Shown: piece by piece, positions 26,501 to 40,100 of the stretch
Layout: each line of letters opens with the position of its first letter
How positions within the stretch are numbered: the stretch's first letter is position 1
Assembly: GCF_009914755.1 (NCBI RefSeq)
Contig: NC_060925.1
Length of the DNA: 64,000 bases
Direction: 5' to 3' (one strand)
Origin: the human T2T-CHM13v2.0 reference genome, Homo sapiens
Position numbers and translations under genes: made by a program
Notes under the pieces: model-generated
Told to the model about the DNA's origin: nothing
What the model saw: only the letters and a program-made list of their open reading frames with translations
The model's database searches: none

Positions 26501-29500
26501 CCTTTCTGTTCATAGAGCAGTTAGGAAACACTCTGTTTGTAAAGTCTGCAAGTGGATATTCAGACCTCCTTGAGGCCTTCGTTGGAAACGGGATTTCTTC
26601 ATATTCTGCTAGACAGAAGAATTCTCAGTAACTTCCTTGTGTTGTGTGTATTCAACTCACAGAGTTGAACGATCCTTTACACAGAGCAGACTTGAAACAC
26701 TCTTTTTGTGGAATTTGCAAGAGGAGATTTCAGCCGCTTTGAGGTCAATAGTAGAAAAGGAAACATCTTCGTAGAAAAACTAGACAGAATGATTCTCAGA
26801 AACTCCTTTGTGATGTGTGTGTTCAACTCACAGAGTTTAACCTTTCTTTTCATAGAGCAGTTAGTAAACACTCTGTTTATAAAGTCTGCAAGTGGATATT
26901 CAGACCCCTTTGAGGCCTTCGTTGGAAACGGGATTTCTTCATATTATGCTAGACAGAAGAATTCTCAGTAACTTCCTTGTGTTGTGTGTATTCAACTGAC
27001 AGAGTTGAACTTTCATTTGGAGAGAGCAGATTTGAAACACTGTTTTTGTGGAATTTGCAAGTGGAGATTTCAAGCGCTTTGGGGCCAAAGGCAGAAAAGG
27101 AAATATCTTCGTATAAAAACTAGACAGAATCATTCTCAGAAACTGCTGCGTGATGTGTGCGTTCAACTCTCAGAGTTTAACCTTTCTTTTCATTCAGCGG
27201 TTTGGAAACACTCTGTTTGTAAAGTCTGCACGTGGATATTTTGACCACTTAGAGGCCTTCGTTGGAAACGGGTTTTTTTCATGTAAGGCTAGACAGAAGA
27301 ATTCCCAGTAACTTCCTTGTGTTGTGTGCATTCAACTCACAGAGTTGAACGTTCCCTTAGACAGAGCAGATTTGAAACACTCTATTTGTGCAATTTGCAA
27401 GTGTAGTTTTCAAGCTCTTTAAGGTCAACGGCAGAAAAGGAAATATCTTCGTTTCAAAACTAGACAGAATCATTCCCACAAACTGCGTTGTGATGTGTTC
27501 GTTCAACTCACAGAGTTTAACCTTTCTGTTCATAGAGCAGTTAGGAAACACTCTGTTTGTAAAGTCTGTAAGTGGATATTCTGACATCTTGTGGCCTTCG
27601 TTGGAAACGGGATTTCTTCATATTCTGCTAGACAGAAGAATTCTCAGTAACTTCCTTGTGTTGTGTGTATTCAACTCACAGAGTTGAACGATCCTTTACA
27701 CAGAGCAGACTTGAAACACTCTTTTTGTGGAATTTGCAAGTGGAGATTTCAGCCGCTTTGAGGTCAATGGTAGAAAAGGAAACTATCTTCATATAAAGAC
27801 TAGACAGAATGATTCTCAGAAAATCTTTTGTGATGTGTGCGTTCAACTCACAGAGTTTAACTTTTCTTCTCATAGAGCAGTTAGGAAACACTCTGTTTGT
27901 AAAGTCTGCAAGTGGATATTCAGACCTCTTTGAGGCCTTCGTTGGAAACGGGATTTCTTCATATTCTGCTAGACAGAAGAATTCTCAGTAACTTCCTTGT
28001 GTTGTGTGTATTCAACTCACAGAGTTGAAGGATCCTTTACAGAGAGCAGGCTTGAAACACTCTTTTTGTCGAATTTGCAAGTGGAGATTTCAGCCGCTTT
28101 GAGGTCAATGGTAGAATAGGAAATATCTTCTTATAGAAACTAGACAGAATGATTCTCATAAACTCCTTTGTGATGTGTGTGTTCAACTCACAGAGTTTAA
28201 CCTTTCTTTTCATAGAGCAGTTAGGAAACACTCTGTTTGTAAAGTCTGCAAGTGGATATTCAGACCTCCTTGAGGCCTTCGTTGGAAACGGGATTTCTTC
28301 ATATTCTGCTAGACAGAAGAATTCTCAGTAACTTCCTTGTGTTGTGTTTATTCAACTCACAGAGTTGAATGATCCTTTACACAGAGCAGACTTGAAACAC
28401 TCTTTTTGTGGAATTTGCAAGTGGAGATTTCAGCCGCTTTGAGGTCAATGGTAGAAAACTAAATATCTTCGTATAAAGACTAGACAGAATGATTCTCAGA
28501 AACTCCTTTGTGATGTGTGCGTTCAACTCACAGAGTTTAACCTTTCTGTTCATAGAGCAGTTAGGAAACACTCTGTTTGTAAAGTCTGCAAGTGGATATT
28601 CAGACCTCCTTGAGGCCTTCGTTGGAAACGGGATTTCTTCATATTCTGCTAGACAGAAGAATTCTCAGTAACTTCCTTGTGTTGTGTGTATTCAACTCAC
28701 AGAGTTGAACGATCCTTTACACAGAGCAGACTTGAAACACTCTTTTTGTGGAATTTGCAAGAGGAGATTTCAGCCGCTTTGAGGTCAATAGTAGAAAAGG
28801 AAACATCTTCGTAGAAAAACTAGACAGAATGATTCTCAGAAACTCCTTTGTGATGTGTGTGTTCAACTCACAGAGTTTAACCTTTCTTTTCATAGAGCAG
28901 TTAGTAAACACTCTGTTTATAAAGTCTGCAAGTGGATATTCAGACCCCTTTGAGGCCTTCGTTGGAAACGGGATTTCTTCATATTATGCTAGACAGAAGA
29001 ATTCTCAGTGACTTCCTTGTGTTGTGTGTATTCAACTGACAGAGTTGAACTTTCATTTGGAGAGAGCAGATTTGAAACACTGTTTTTGTGGAATTTGCAA
29101 GTGGAGATTTCAAGCGCTTTGGGGCCAAAGGCAGAAAAGGAAATATCTTCGTATAAAAACTAGACAGAATCATTCTCAGAAACTGCTGCGTGATGTGTGC
29201 GTTCAACTCTCAGAGTTTAACTTTTCTTTTCATTCAGCGGTTTGGAAACACTCTGTTTGTAAAGTCTGCACGTGGATATTTTGACCACTTAGAGGCCTTC
29301 GTTGGAAACGGGTTTTTTTCATGTAAGGCTAGACAGAAGAATTCCCAGTAACTTCCTTGTGTTGTGTGCATTCAACTCACAGAGTTGAACGTTCCCTTAG
29401 ACAGAGGAGATTTGAAACACTCTATTTGTGCAATTTGCAAGTGTAGTTTTGAAGCTCTTTAAGGTCAACGGCAGAAAAGGAAATATCTTCGTTTCAAAAC

Positions 29501-32500
29501 TAGACAGAATCATTCCCACAAACTGCGTTGTGATGTGTTCGTTCAACTCACAGAGTTTAACCTTTCTGTTCATAGAGCAGTTAGGAAACACTCTGTTTGT
29601 AAAGTCTGTAAGTGGATATTCTGACATCTTGTGGCCTTCGTTGGAAACGGGATTTCTTCATATTCTGCTAGACAGAAGAATTCTCAGTAACTTACTTGTG
29701 TTGTGTGTATTCAACTCACAGAGTTGAACGATCCTTTACACAGAGCAGACTTGAAACACTCTTTTTGTGGAATTTGCAAGTGGAGATTTCAGCCGCTTTG
29801 AGGTCAATGGTAGAAAAGGAAACTATCTTCATATAAAGACTAGACAGAATGATTCTCAGAAAATCTTTTGTGATGTGTGCGTTCAACTCACAGAGTTTAA
29901 CTTTTCTTCTCATAGAGCAGTTAGGAAACACTCTGTTTGTAAAGTCTGCAAGTGGATATTCAGACCTCTTTGAGGCCTTCGTTGGAAACGGGATTTCTTC
30001 ATATTCTGCTAGACAGAAGAATTCTCAGTAACTTCCTTGTGTTGTGTGTATTCAACTCACAGAGTTGAAGGATCCTTTACAGAGAGCAGGCTTGAAACAC
30101 TCTTTTTGTCGAATTTGCAAGTGGAGATTTCAGCCGCTTTGAGGTCAATGGTAGAATAGGAAATATCTTCTTATAGAAACTAGACAGAATGATTCTCATA
30201 AACTCCTTTGGATGTGTGCGTTCAACTCACAGAGTTTAACCTTTCTTTTCATAGAGCAGTTAGGAAACACTCTGTTTGAAAAGTCTGCAAGTGGATATTC
30301 AGACCTCCTTGAGGCCTTCGTTGGAAACGGGATTTCTTCATATTCTGCTAGACAGAAGAATTCTCAGTAACTTCCTTGTGTTGTGTTTATTCAACTCACA
30401 GAGTTGAATGATCCTTTACACAGAGCAGACTTGAAACACTCTTTTTGTGGAATTTGCAAGTGGAGATTTCAGCCGCTTTGAGGTCAATGGTAGAAAAGTA
30501 AATATCTTCGTATAAAGACTAGACAGAATGATTCTCAGAAACTCCTTTGTGATGTGTGCGTTCAACTCACAGAGTTTAACCTTTCTGTTCATAGAGCAGT
30601 TAGGAAACACTCTGTTTGTAAAGTCTGCAAGTGGATATTCAGACCTCCTTGAGGCCTTCGTTGGAAACGGGATTTCTTCATATTCTGCTAGACAGAAGAA
30701 TTCTCAGTAACTTCCTTGTGTTGTGTGTATTCAACTCACAGAGTTGAACGATCCTTTACACAGAGCAGACTTGAAACACTCTTTTTGTGGAATTTGCCAG
30801 AGGAGATTTCAGCCGCTTTGAGGTCAATAGTAGAAAAGGAAATATCTTCGTAGAAAAACTAGACAGAATGATTCTCAGAAACTCCTTTGTGATGTGTGTG
30901 TTCAACTCACAGAGTTTAACCTTTCTTTTCATAGAGCAGTTAGTAAACACTCTGTTTATAAAGTCTGCAAGTGGATATTCAGACCCCTTTGAGGCCTTCG
31001 TTGGAAACGGGATTTCTTCATATTATGCTAGACAGAAGAATTCTCAGTAACTTCCTTGTGTTGTGTGTATTCAACTGACAGAGTTGAACTTTCATTTAGA
31101 GAGAGCAGATTTGAAACACTGTTTTTGTGGAATTTGCAAGTGGAGATTTCAAGTGCTTTGAGGCCAAAGGCAGAAAAGGAAATATCTTCGTATAAAAACT
31201 AGACAGAATCATTCTCAGAAACTGCTGCGTGATGTGTGCGTTCAACTCTCAGAGTTTAACTTTTCTTTTCATTCAGCGGTTTGGAAACACTCTGTTTGTA
31301 AAGTCTGCACGTGGATATTTTGACCACTTAGAGGCCTTCGTTGGAAACGGGTTTTTTTCATGTAAGGCTAGACAGAAGAATTCCCAGTAACTTCCTTGTG
31401 TTGTGTGCATTCAACTCACAGAGTTGAACGTTCCCTTAGAAAGAGCAGATTTGAAACACTCTATTTGTGCAATTTGCAAGTGTAGATTTCAAGCGCTTTA
31501 AGGTCAACGGCAGAAAAGGAAATATCTTCGTTTCAAAACTAGACAGAATCATTCCCACAAACTGCGTTGTGATGTGTTCGTTCAACTCACAGAGTTTAAC
31601 CTTTCTGTTCATAGAGCAGTTAGGAAACACTCTGTTTGTAAAGTCTGTAAGTGGATATTCTGACATCTTGTGGCCTTCGTTGGAAACGGGATTTCTTCAT
31701 ATTCTGCTAGACAGAAGAATTCTCAGTAACTTCCTTGTGTTGTGTGTATTCAACTCACAGAGTTGAACGATCCTTTACACAGAGCAGACTTGAAACACTC
31801 TTTTTGTGGAATTTGCAAGTGGAGATTTCAGCCGCTTTGAGGTCAATGGTAGAAAAGGAAACTATCTTCATATAAAGACTAGACAGAATGATTCTCAGAA
31901 AATCTTTTGTGATGTGTGCGTTCAACTCACAGAGTTTAACTTTTCTTCTCATAGAGCAGTTAGGAAACACTCTGTTTGTAAAGTCTGCAAGTGGATATTC
32001 AGACCTCTTTGAGGCCTTCGTTGGAAACGGGATTTCTTCATATTATGCTAGACAGAATAATTCTCAGTAACTTCCTTGTGTTGTGTGTATTCAACTCACA
32101 GAGTTGAAGGATCCTTTACAGAGAGCAGGCTTGAAACACTCTTTTTGTCGAATTTGCAAGTGGAGATTTCAGCCGCTTTGAGGTCAATGGTAGAATAGGA
32201 AATATCTTCTTATAGAAACTAGACAGAATGATTCTCATGAACTCCTTTGTGATGTGTGCGTTCAACTCACAGAGTTTAACCTTTCTTTTCATAGAGCAGT
32301 TAGGAAACACTCTGTTTGTAAAGTCTGCAAGTGGATATTCAGACCTCCTTGAGGCCTTCGTTGGAAACGGGATTTCATCATATTCTGCTAGACAGAAGAA
32401 TTCTCAGTAACTTCCTTGTGTTGTGTTTATTCAACTCACAGAGTTGAATGATCCTTTACACAGAGCAGACTTGAAACACTCTTTTTGTGGAATTTGCAAG

Positions 32501-35500
32501 TGGAGATTTCAGCCGCTTTGAGGTCAATGGTAGAAAAGTAAATATCTTCGTATAAAGACTAGACAGAATGATTCTCAGAAACTCCTTTGTGATGTGTGCG
32601 TTCAACTCACAGAGTTTAACCTTTCTGTTCATAGAGCAGTTAGGAAACACTCTGTTTGTAAAGTCTGCAAGTGGATATTCAGACCTCCTTGAGGCCTTCG
32701 TTGGAAACGGGATTTCTTCATATTCTGCTAGACAGAAGAATTCTCAGTAACTTCCTTGTGTTGTGTGTATTCAACTCACAGAGTTGAACGATCCTTTACA
32801 CAGAGCAGACTTGAAACACTCTTTTTGTGGAATTTGCAAGTGGAGATTTCAGCCGCTTTGAGGTCAATGGTAGAAAAGGAAATATCTTCCTATAAAGACT
32901 AGACAGAATGATTCTCAGAAACTCCTTTGTGATGTGTGCGTTCAACTCACAGAGTTTAACCTTTCTTTTCATAGAGCAGTTAGGAAACACTCTGTTTGTA
33001 AAGTCTGCAAGTGGATATTCAGACCTCTTTGAGGCCTTCGTTGGAAACGGGATTTCTTCCTATTCTGCTAGACAGAAGAATTCTCAGTAACTTCCTTGTG
33101 TTGTGTGTATTCAACTCACAGAGTTGAACGATCCTTTACACAGAGCAGACTTGAAACACTCTTTTTGTGGAATTTGCAAGTGGAGATTTCAGCCGCTTTG
33201 AGGTCAATAGTAGAAAAGGAAATATCTTCGTAGAAAAACTAGACAGAATGATTCTCAGAAACTCCTTTGTGATGTGTGTGTTCAACTCACAGAGTTTAAC
33301 CTTTCTTTTCATAGAGCAGTTAGTAAACACTCTGTTTATAAAGTCTGCAAGTGGATATTCAGACCCCTTTGAGGCCTTCGTTGGAAACGGGATTTCTTCA
33401 TATTATGCTAGACAGAAGAATTCTCAGTAACTTCCTTGTGTTGTGTGTATTCAACTGACAGAGTTGAACTTTCATTTAGAGAGAGCAGATTTGAAACACT
33501 GTTTTTGTGGAATTTGCAAGTGGAGATTTCAAGCGCTTTGGGGCCAAAGGCAGAAAAGGAAATATCTTCGTATAAAAACTAGACAGAATCATTCTCAGAA
33601 ACTGCTGCGTGATGTGTGCGTTCAACTCTCAGAGTTTAACTTTTCTTTTCATTCAGCGGTTTGGAAACACTATGTTTGTAAAGTCTGCACGTGGATATTT
33701 TGACCACTTAGAGGCCTTCGTTGGAAACGGGTTTTTTTCATGTAAGGCTAGACAGAAGAATTCCCAGTAACTTCCTTGTGTTGTGTGCATTCAACTCACA
33801 GAGTTGAACGTTCCCTTAGACAGAGCAGATTTGAAACACTCTATTTGTGCAATTTGCAAGTGTAGATTTCAAGCGCTTTAAGGTCAACGGCAGAAAAGGA
33901 AATATCTTCGTTTCAAAACTAGACAGAATCATTCCCACAAACTGCGTTGTGATGTGTTCGTTCAACTCACAGAGTTTAACCTTTCTGTTCATAGAGCAGT
34001 TAGGAAACACTCTGTTTGTAAAGTCTGTAAGTGGATATTCTGACATCTTGTGGCCTTCGTTGGAAACGGGATTTCTTCATATTCTGCTAGACAGAAGAAT
34101 TCTCAGTAACTTCCTTGTGTTGTGTGTATTCAACTCACAGAGTTGAACGATCCTTTACACAGAGCAGACTTGAAACACTCTTTTTGTGGAATTTGCAAGT
34201 GGAGATTTCAGCCGCTTTGAGGTCAATGGTAGAAAAGGAAACTATCTTCATATAAAGACTAGACAGAATGATTCTCAGAAAATCTTTTGTGATGTGTGCG
34301 TTCAACTCACAGAGTTTAACTTTTCTTCTCATAGAGCAGTTAGGAAACACTCTGTTTGTAAAGTCTGCAAGTGGATATTCAGACCTCTTTGAGGCCTTCG
34401 TTGGAAACGGGATTTCTTCATATTATGCTAGACAGAATAATTCTCAGTAACTTCCTTGTGTTGTGTGTATTCAACTCACAGAGTTGAAGGATCCTTTACA
34501 GAGAGCAGGCTTGAAACACTCTTTTTGTCGAATTTGCAAGTGGAGATTTCAGCCGCTTTGAGGTCAATGGTAGAATAGGAAATATCTTCTTATAGAAACT
34601 AGACAGAATGATTCTCATGAACTCCTTTGTGATGTGTGCGTTCAACTCACAGAGTTTAACCTTTCTTTTCATAGAGCAGTTAGGAAACACTCTGCTTGTA
34701 AAGTCTGCAAGTGGATATTCAGACCTCCTTGAGGCCTTCGTTGGAAACGGGATTTCTTCATATTCTGCTAGACAGAAGAATTCTCAGTAACTTCCTTGTG
34801 TTGTGTTTATTCAACTCACAGAGTTGAATGATCCTTTACACAGAGCAGACTTGAAACACTCTTTTTGTGGAATTTGCAAGTGGAGATTTCAGCCGCTTTG
34901 AGGTCAATGGTAGAAAAGTAAATATCTTCGTATAAAGACTAGACAGAATGATTCTCAGAAACTCCTTTGTGATGTGTGCGTTCAACTCACAGAGTTTAAC
35001 CTTTCTGTTCATAGAGCAGTTAGGAAACACTCTGTTTGTAAAGTCTGCAAGTGGATATTCAGACCTCCTTGAGGCCTTCGTTGGAAACGGGATTTCTTCA
35101 TCTTCTGCTAGACAGAAGAATTCTCAGTAACTTCCTTGTGTTGTGTGTATTCAACTCACAGAGTTGAACGATACTTTACACAGAGCAGACTTGAAACACT
35201 CTTTTTGTGGAATTTGCAAGTGGAGATTTCAGCCGCTTTGAGGTCAATGGTAGAAAAGGAAACTATCTTCATATAAAGACTAGACTGAATGATTCTCAGA
35301 AAATCTTTTGTGATGTGTGCGTTCAGCTCACAGAGTTTAACTTTTCTTCTCATAGAGCAGTTAGGAAACACTCTGTTTGTAAAGTCTGCAAGTGGATATT
35401 CAGACCTCTTTGAGGCCTTCGTTGGAAACGGGATTTCTTCATATTATGCTAGACAGAATAATTCTCAGTAACTTCCTTGTGTTGTGTGTATTCAACTGAC

Positions 35501-37157
35501 AGAGTTGAAGGATCCTTTACAGACAGCAGGCTTGAAACACTCTTTTTGTCGAATTTGCAAGTGGAGATTTCAGCCGCTTTGAGGTCAATGGTAGAATAGG
35601 AAATATCTTCTTATAGAAACTAGACAAAATGATTCTCATGAACTCCTTTGTGATGTGTGCGTTCAACTCACAGAGTTTAACCTTTCTTTTCATAGAGCAG
35701 TTAGGAAACACTCTGTTTGTAAAGTCTGCAAGTGGATATTCAGACCTCCTTGAGGCCTTCGTTGGAAACGGGATTTCTTCATATTCTGCTAGACAGAAGA
35801 ATTCTCAGTAACTTCCTTGTGTTGTGTTTATTCAACTCACAGAGTTGAATGATCCTTTACACAGAGCAAACTTGAAACACTCTTTTTGTGGAATTTGCAA
35901 GTGGAGATTTCAGCCGCTTTGAGGTCAATGGTAGAAAAGTAAATATCTTCGTATAAAGACTAGACAGAATGATTCTCAGAAACTCCTTTGTGATGTGTGC
36001 GTTCAACTCACAGAGTTTAACCTTTCTGTTCATAGAGCAGTTAGGAAACACTCTGTTTGTAAAGTCTGCAAGTGGATATTCAGACCTCCTTGAGGCCTTC
36101 GTTGGAAACGGGATTTCTTCATATTCTGCTAGACAGAAGAATTCTCAGTAACTTCCTTGTGTTGTGTGTATTCAACTCACAGAGTTGAACGATCCTTTAC
36201 ACAGAGCAGACTTGAAACACTCTTTTTGTGGAATTTGCAAGTGGAGATTTCAGCCGCTTTGAGGTCAATAGTAGAAAAGGAAATATCTTCGTAGAAAAAC
36301 TAGACAGAATGATTCTCAGAAACTCCTTTGTGATGTGTGTGTTTAACTCACAGAGTTTAACCTTTCTTTTCATAGAGCAGTTAGTAAACACTCTGTTTAT
36401 AAATTCTGCATGTGGATATTCAGACCCCTTTGAGGCCTTCGTTGGAAACGGGATTTCTTCATATTATGCTAGACAGAAGAATTCTCAGTAACTTCCTTGT
36501 GTTGTGTGTATTCAACTGACAGAGTTGAACTTTCATTTGGAGAGAGCAGATTTGAAACACTGTTTTTGTGGAATTTGCAAGTGGAGATTTCAAGCGCTTT
36601 GGGGCCAAAGGCAGAAAAGGTAATATCTTCGTATAAAAACTAGACAGAATCATTCTCAGAAACTGCTGCGTGATGTGTGCGTTCAACTCTCAGAGTTTAA
36701 CTTTTCTTTTCATTCAGCGGTTTGGAAACACTCTGTTTGTAAAGTCTGCACGTGGATATTTTGAACACTTAGAGGCCTTCGTTGGAAACGGGTTTTTTTC
36801 ATGTAAGGCTAGACAGAAGAATTCCCAGTAACTTCCTTGTGTTGTGTGCATTCAACTCACAGAGTTGAACGTTCCCTTAGACAGAGCAGATTTGAAACAC
36901 TCTATTTGTGCAATTTGGAAGTGTAGATTTCAAGCGCTTTAAGGTCAACGGCAGAAAAGGAAATATCTTCGTTTCAAAACTAGACAGAATCATTCCCACA
37001 AACTGCGTTGTGATGTGTTCGTTCAACTCACAGAGTTTAACCTTTCTGTTCATAGAGCAGTTAGGAAACACTCTGTTTGTAAAGTCTGTAAGTGGATATT
37101 CTGACATCTTGTGGCCTTCGTTGGAAACGGGATTTCTTCATATTCTGCTAGACAGAA
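23559..37157. repeat. 13,599-bp (80-monomer) super-repeat unit; an expanded sister copy lies at 99-23558
   Basis: Position 1 matches 23461. The rare F-A-B-C1 junction recurs at 157/23617/37216. The 1-bp deletion marker lies at 13210/30210. The offsets 23460, 17000 and 13599 differ by exactly 6460 and 3401. Confidence 0.8.
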
Positions 37158-40100
37158 GAATTCTCAGTAACTTCCTTGTGTTGTGTGTATTCAACTCACA
37201 GAGTTGAAGGATCCTTTACAGAGAGCAGGCTTGAAACACTCTTTTTGTCGAATTTGCAAGTGGAGATTTCAGCCGCTTTGAGGTCAATGGTAGAATAGGA
37301 AATATCTTCTTATAGAAACTAGACAAAATGATTCTCATGAACTCCTTTGTGATGTGTGCGTTCAACTCACAGAGTTTAACCTTTCTTTTCATAGAGCAGT
37401 TAGGAAACACTCTGTTTGTAAAGTCTGCAAGTGGATATTCAGACCTCCTTGAGGCCTTCGTTGGAAACGGGATTTCTTCATATTCTGCTAGACAGAAGAA
37501 TTCTCAGTAACTTCCTTGTGTTGTGTTTATTCAACTCACAGAGTTGAATGATCCTTTACACAGAGCAGACTTGAAACACTCTTTTTGTGGAATTTGCAAG
37601 TGGAGATTTCAGCCGCTTTGAGGTCAATGGTAGAAAAGTAAATATCTTCGTATAAAGACTAGACAGAATGATTCTCAGAAACTCCTTTGTGATGTGTGCG
37701 TTCAACTCACAGAGTTTAACCTTTCTGTTCATAGAGCAGTTAGGAAACACTCTGTTTGTAAAGTCTGCAAGTGGATATTCAGACCTCCTTGAGGCCTTCG
37801 TTGGAAACGGGATTTCTTCATATTCTGCTAGACAGAAGAATTCTCAGTAACTTCCTTGTGTTGTGTGTATTCAACTCACAGAGTTGAACGATACTTTACA
37901 CAGAGCAGACTTGAAACACTCTTTTTGTCGAATTTGCAAGTGGAGATTTCAGCCGCTTTGAGGTCAATGGTAGAAAAGGAAATATCTTCGTATAAAGACT
38001 AGACAGAATGATTCTCAGAAACTCCTTTGTGATGTGTGCGTTCAACTCACAGAGTTTAACTTTTCTTTTCAAAGAGCAGTTAGGAAACACTCTGTTTGTA
38101 AAGTCTGCAAGTGGATATTCAGACCTCTTTGAGGCCTTCGTTGGAAACGGGATTTCTTCATATTATGCTAGACAGAAGAATTCTCAGTAACTTCCTTGTG
38201 TTGTGTGTATTCAACTCACAGAGTTGAACGATCCTTTACACAGAGCAGACTTGAAACACTCTTTTTGTGGAATTTGCAAGTGGAGATTTCAGCCGCTTTG
38301 AGGTCAATAGTAGAAAAGGAAATATCTTCGTAGAAAAACTAGACAGAATGATTCTCAGAAACTCCTTTGTGATGTGTGTGTTCAACTCACAGAGTTTAAC
38401 CTTTCTTTTCATAGAGCAGTTAGTAAACACTCTGTTTATAAAGTCTGCAAGTGGATATTCAGACCCCTTTGAGGCCTTCGTTGGAAACGGGATTTCTTCA
38501 TATTCTGCTAGACAGAAGAATTCTCAGTAACTTCCTTGTGTTGTGTGTATTCAACTGACAGAGTTGAACTTTCATTTAGAGAGAGCAGATTTGAAACACT
38601 GTTTTTGTGGAATTTGCAAGTGGAGATTTCAAGCGCTTTGGGGCCAAAGGCAGAAAAGGAAATATCTTCGTATAAAAACTAGACAGAATCATTCTCAGAA
38701 ACTGCTGCGTGATGTGTGCGTTCAACTCTCAGAGTTTAACTTTTCTTTTCATTCAGCGGTTTGGAAACACTCTGTTTGTAAAGTCTGCACGTGGATATTT
38801 TGACCACTTAGAGGCCTTCGTTGGAAACGGGTTTTTTTCATGTAAGGCTAGACAGAAGAATTCCCAGTAACTTCCTTGTGTTGTGTGCATTCAACTCACA
38901 GAGTTGAACGTTCCCTTAGACAGAGCAGATTTGAAACACTCTATTTGTGCAATTTGCAAGTGTATATTTCAAGCGCTTTAAGTTCAACGGCAGAAAAGGA
39001 AATATCTTCGTTTCAAAACTAGACAGAATCATTCCCACAAACTGCGTTGTGATGTGTTCGTTCAACTCACAGAGTTTAACCTTTCTTTTCATAGAGAAGT
39101 TAGGAAACACTCTGTTTGTAAAGTCTGCAAGTGGATATTCAGACTTCCTTGAGGCCTTCGTTGGAAACGGGATTTCATCATATTCTGCTAGACAGAAGAA
39201 TTCTCAGTAACTTCCTTGTGTTCTGTTTATTCAACTCACAGAGTTGAATGATCCTTTACACAGAGCAGACTTGAAACACTCTTTTTGTGGAATTTGCAAG
39301 TGGAGATTTCAGCCGCTTTGGGGTCAATGGTAGAAAAGTAAATATCTTCGTATAAAGACTAGACAGAATGATTCTCAGAAACTCCTTTGTGATGTGTGCG
39401 TTCAACTCACAGAGTTTAACCTTTCTGTTCATAGAGCAGTTAGGAAACACTCTGTTTGTAATGTCTGCAAGTGGATATTCAGACCTCCTTGAGGCCTTCG
39501 TTGGAAACGGGATTTCTTCATATTCTGCTAGACAGAAGAATTCTCAGTAACTTCCTTGTGTTGTGTGTATTCAACTCACAGAGTTGAACGATCCTTTACA
39601 CAGAGCAGACTTGAAACACTCTTTTTGTGGAATTTGCAAGTGGAGATTTCAGCCGCTTTGAGGTCAATGGTAGAAAAGGAAACTATCTTCATATAAAGAC
39701 TAGACTGAATGATTCTCAGAAAATCTTTTGTGATGTGTGCGTTCAACTCACAGAGTTTAACTTTTCTTCTCATAGAGCAGTTAGGAAACACTCTGTTTGT
39801 AATGTCTGCAAGTGGATATTCAGACCTCCTTGAGGCCTTCGTTGGAAACGGGATTTCTTCATATTATGCTAGACAGAATAATTCTCAGTAACTTCCTTGT
39901 GTTGTGTGTATTCAACTGACAGAGTTGAAGGATCCTTTACAGAGAGCAGGCTTGAAACACTCTTTTTGTCGAATTTGCAAGTGGAGATTTCAGCCGCTTT
40001 GAGGTCAATGGTAGAAAAGTAAATATCTTCGTATAAAGACTAGACAGAATGATTCTCAGAAACTCCTTTGTGATGTGTGCGTTCAACTCACAGAGTTTAA

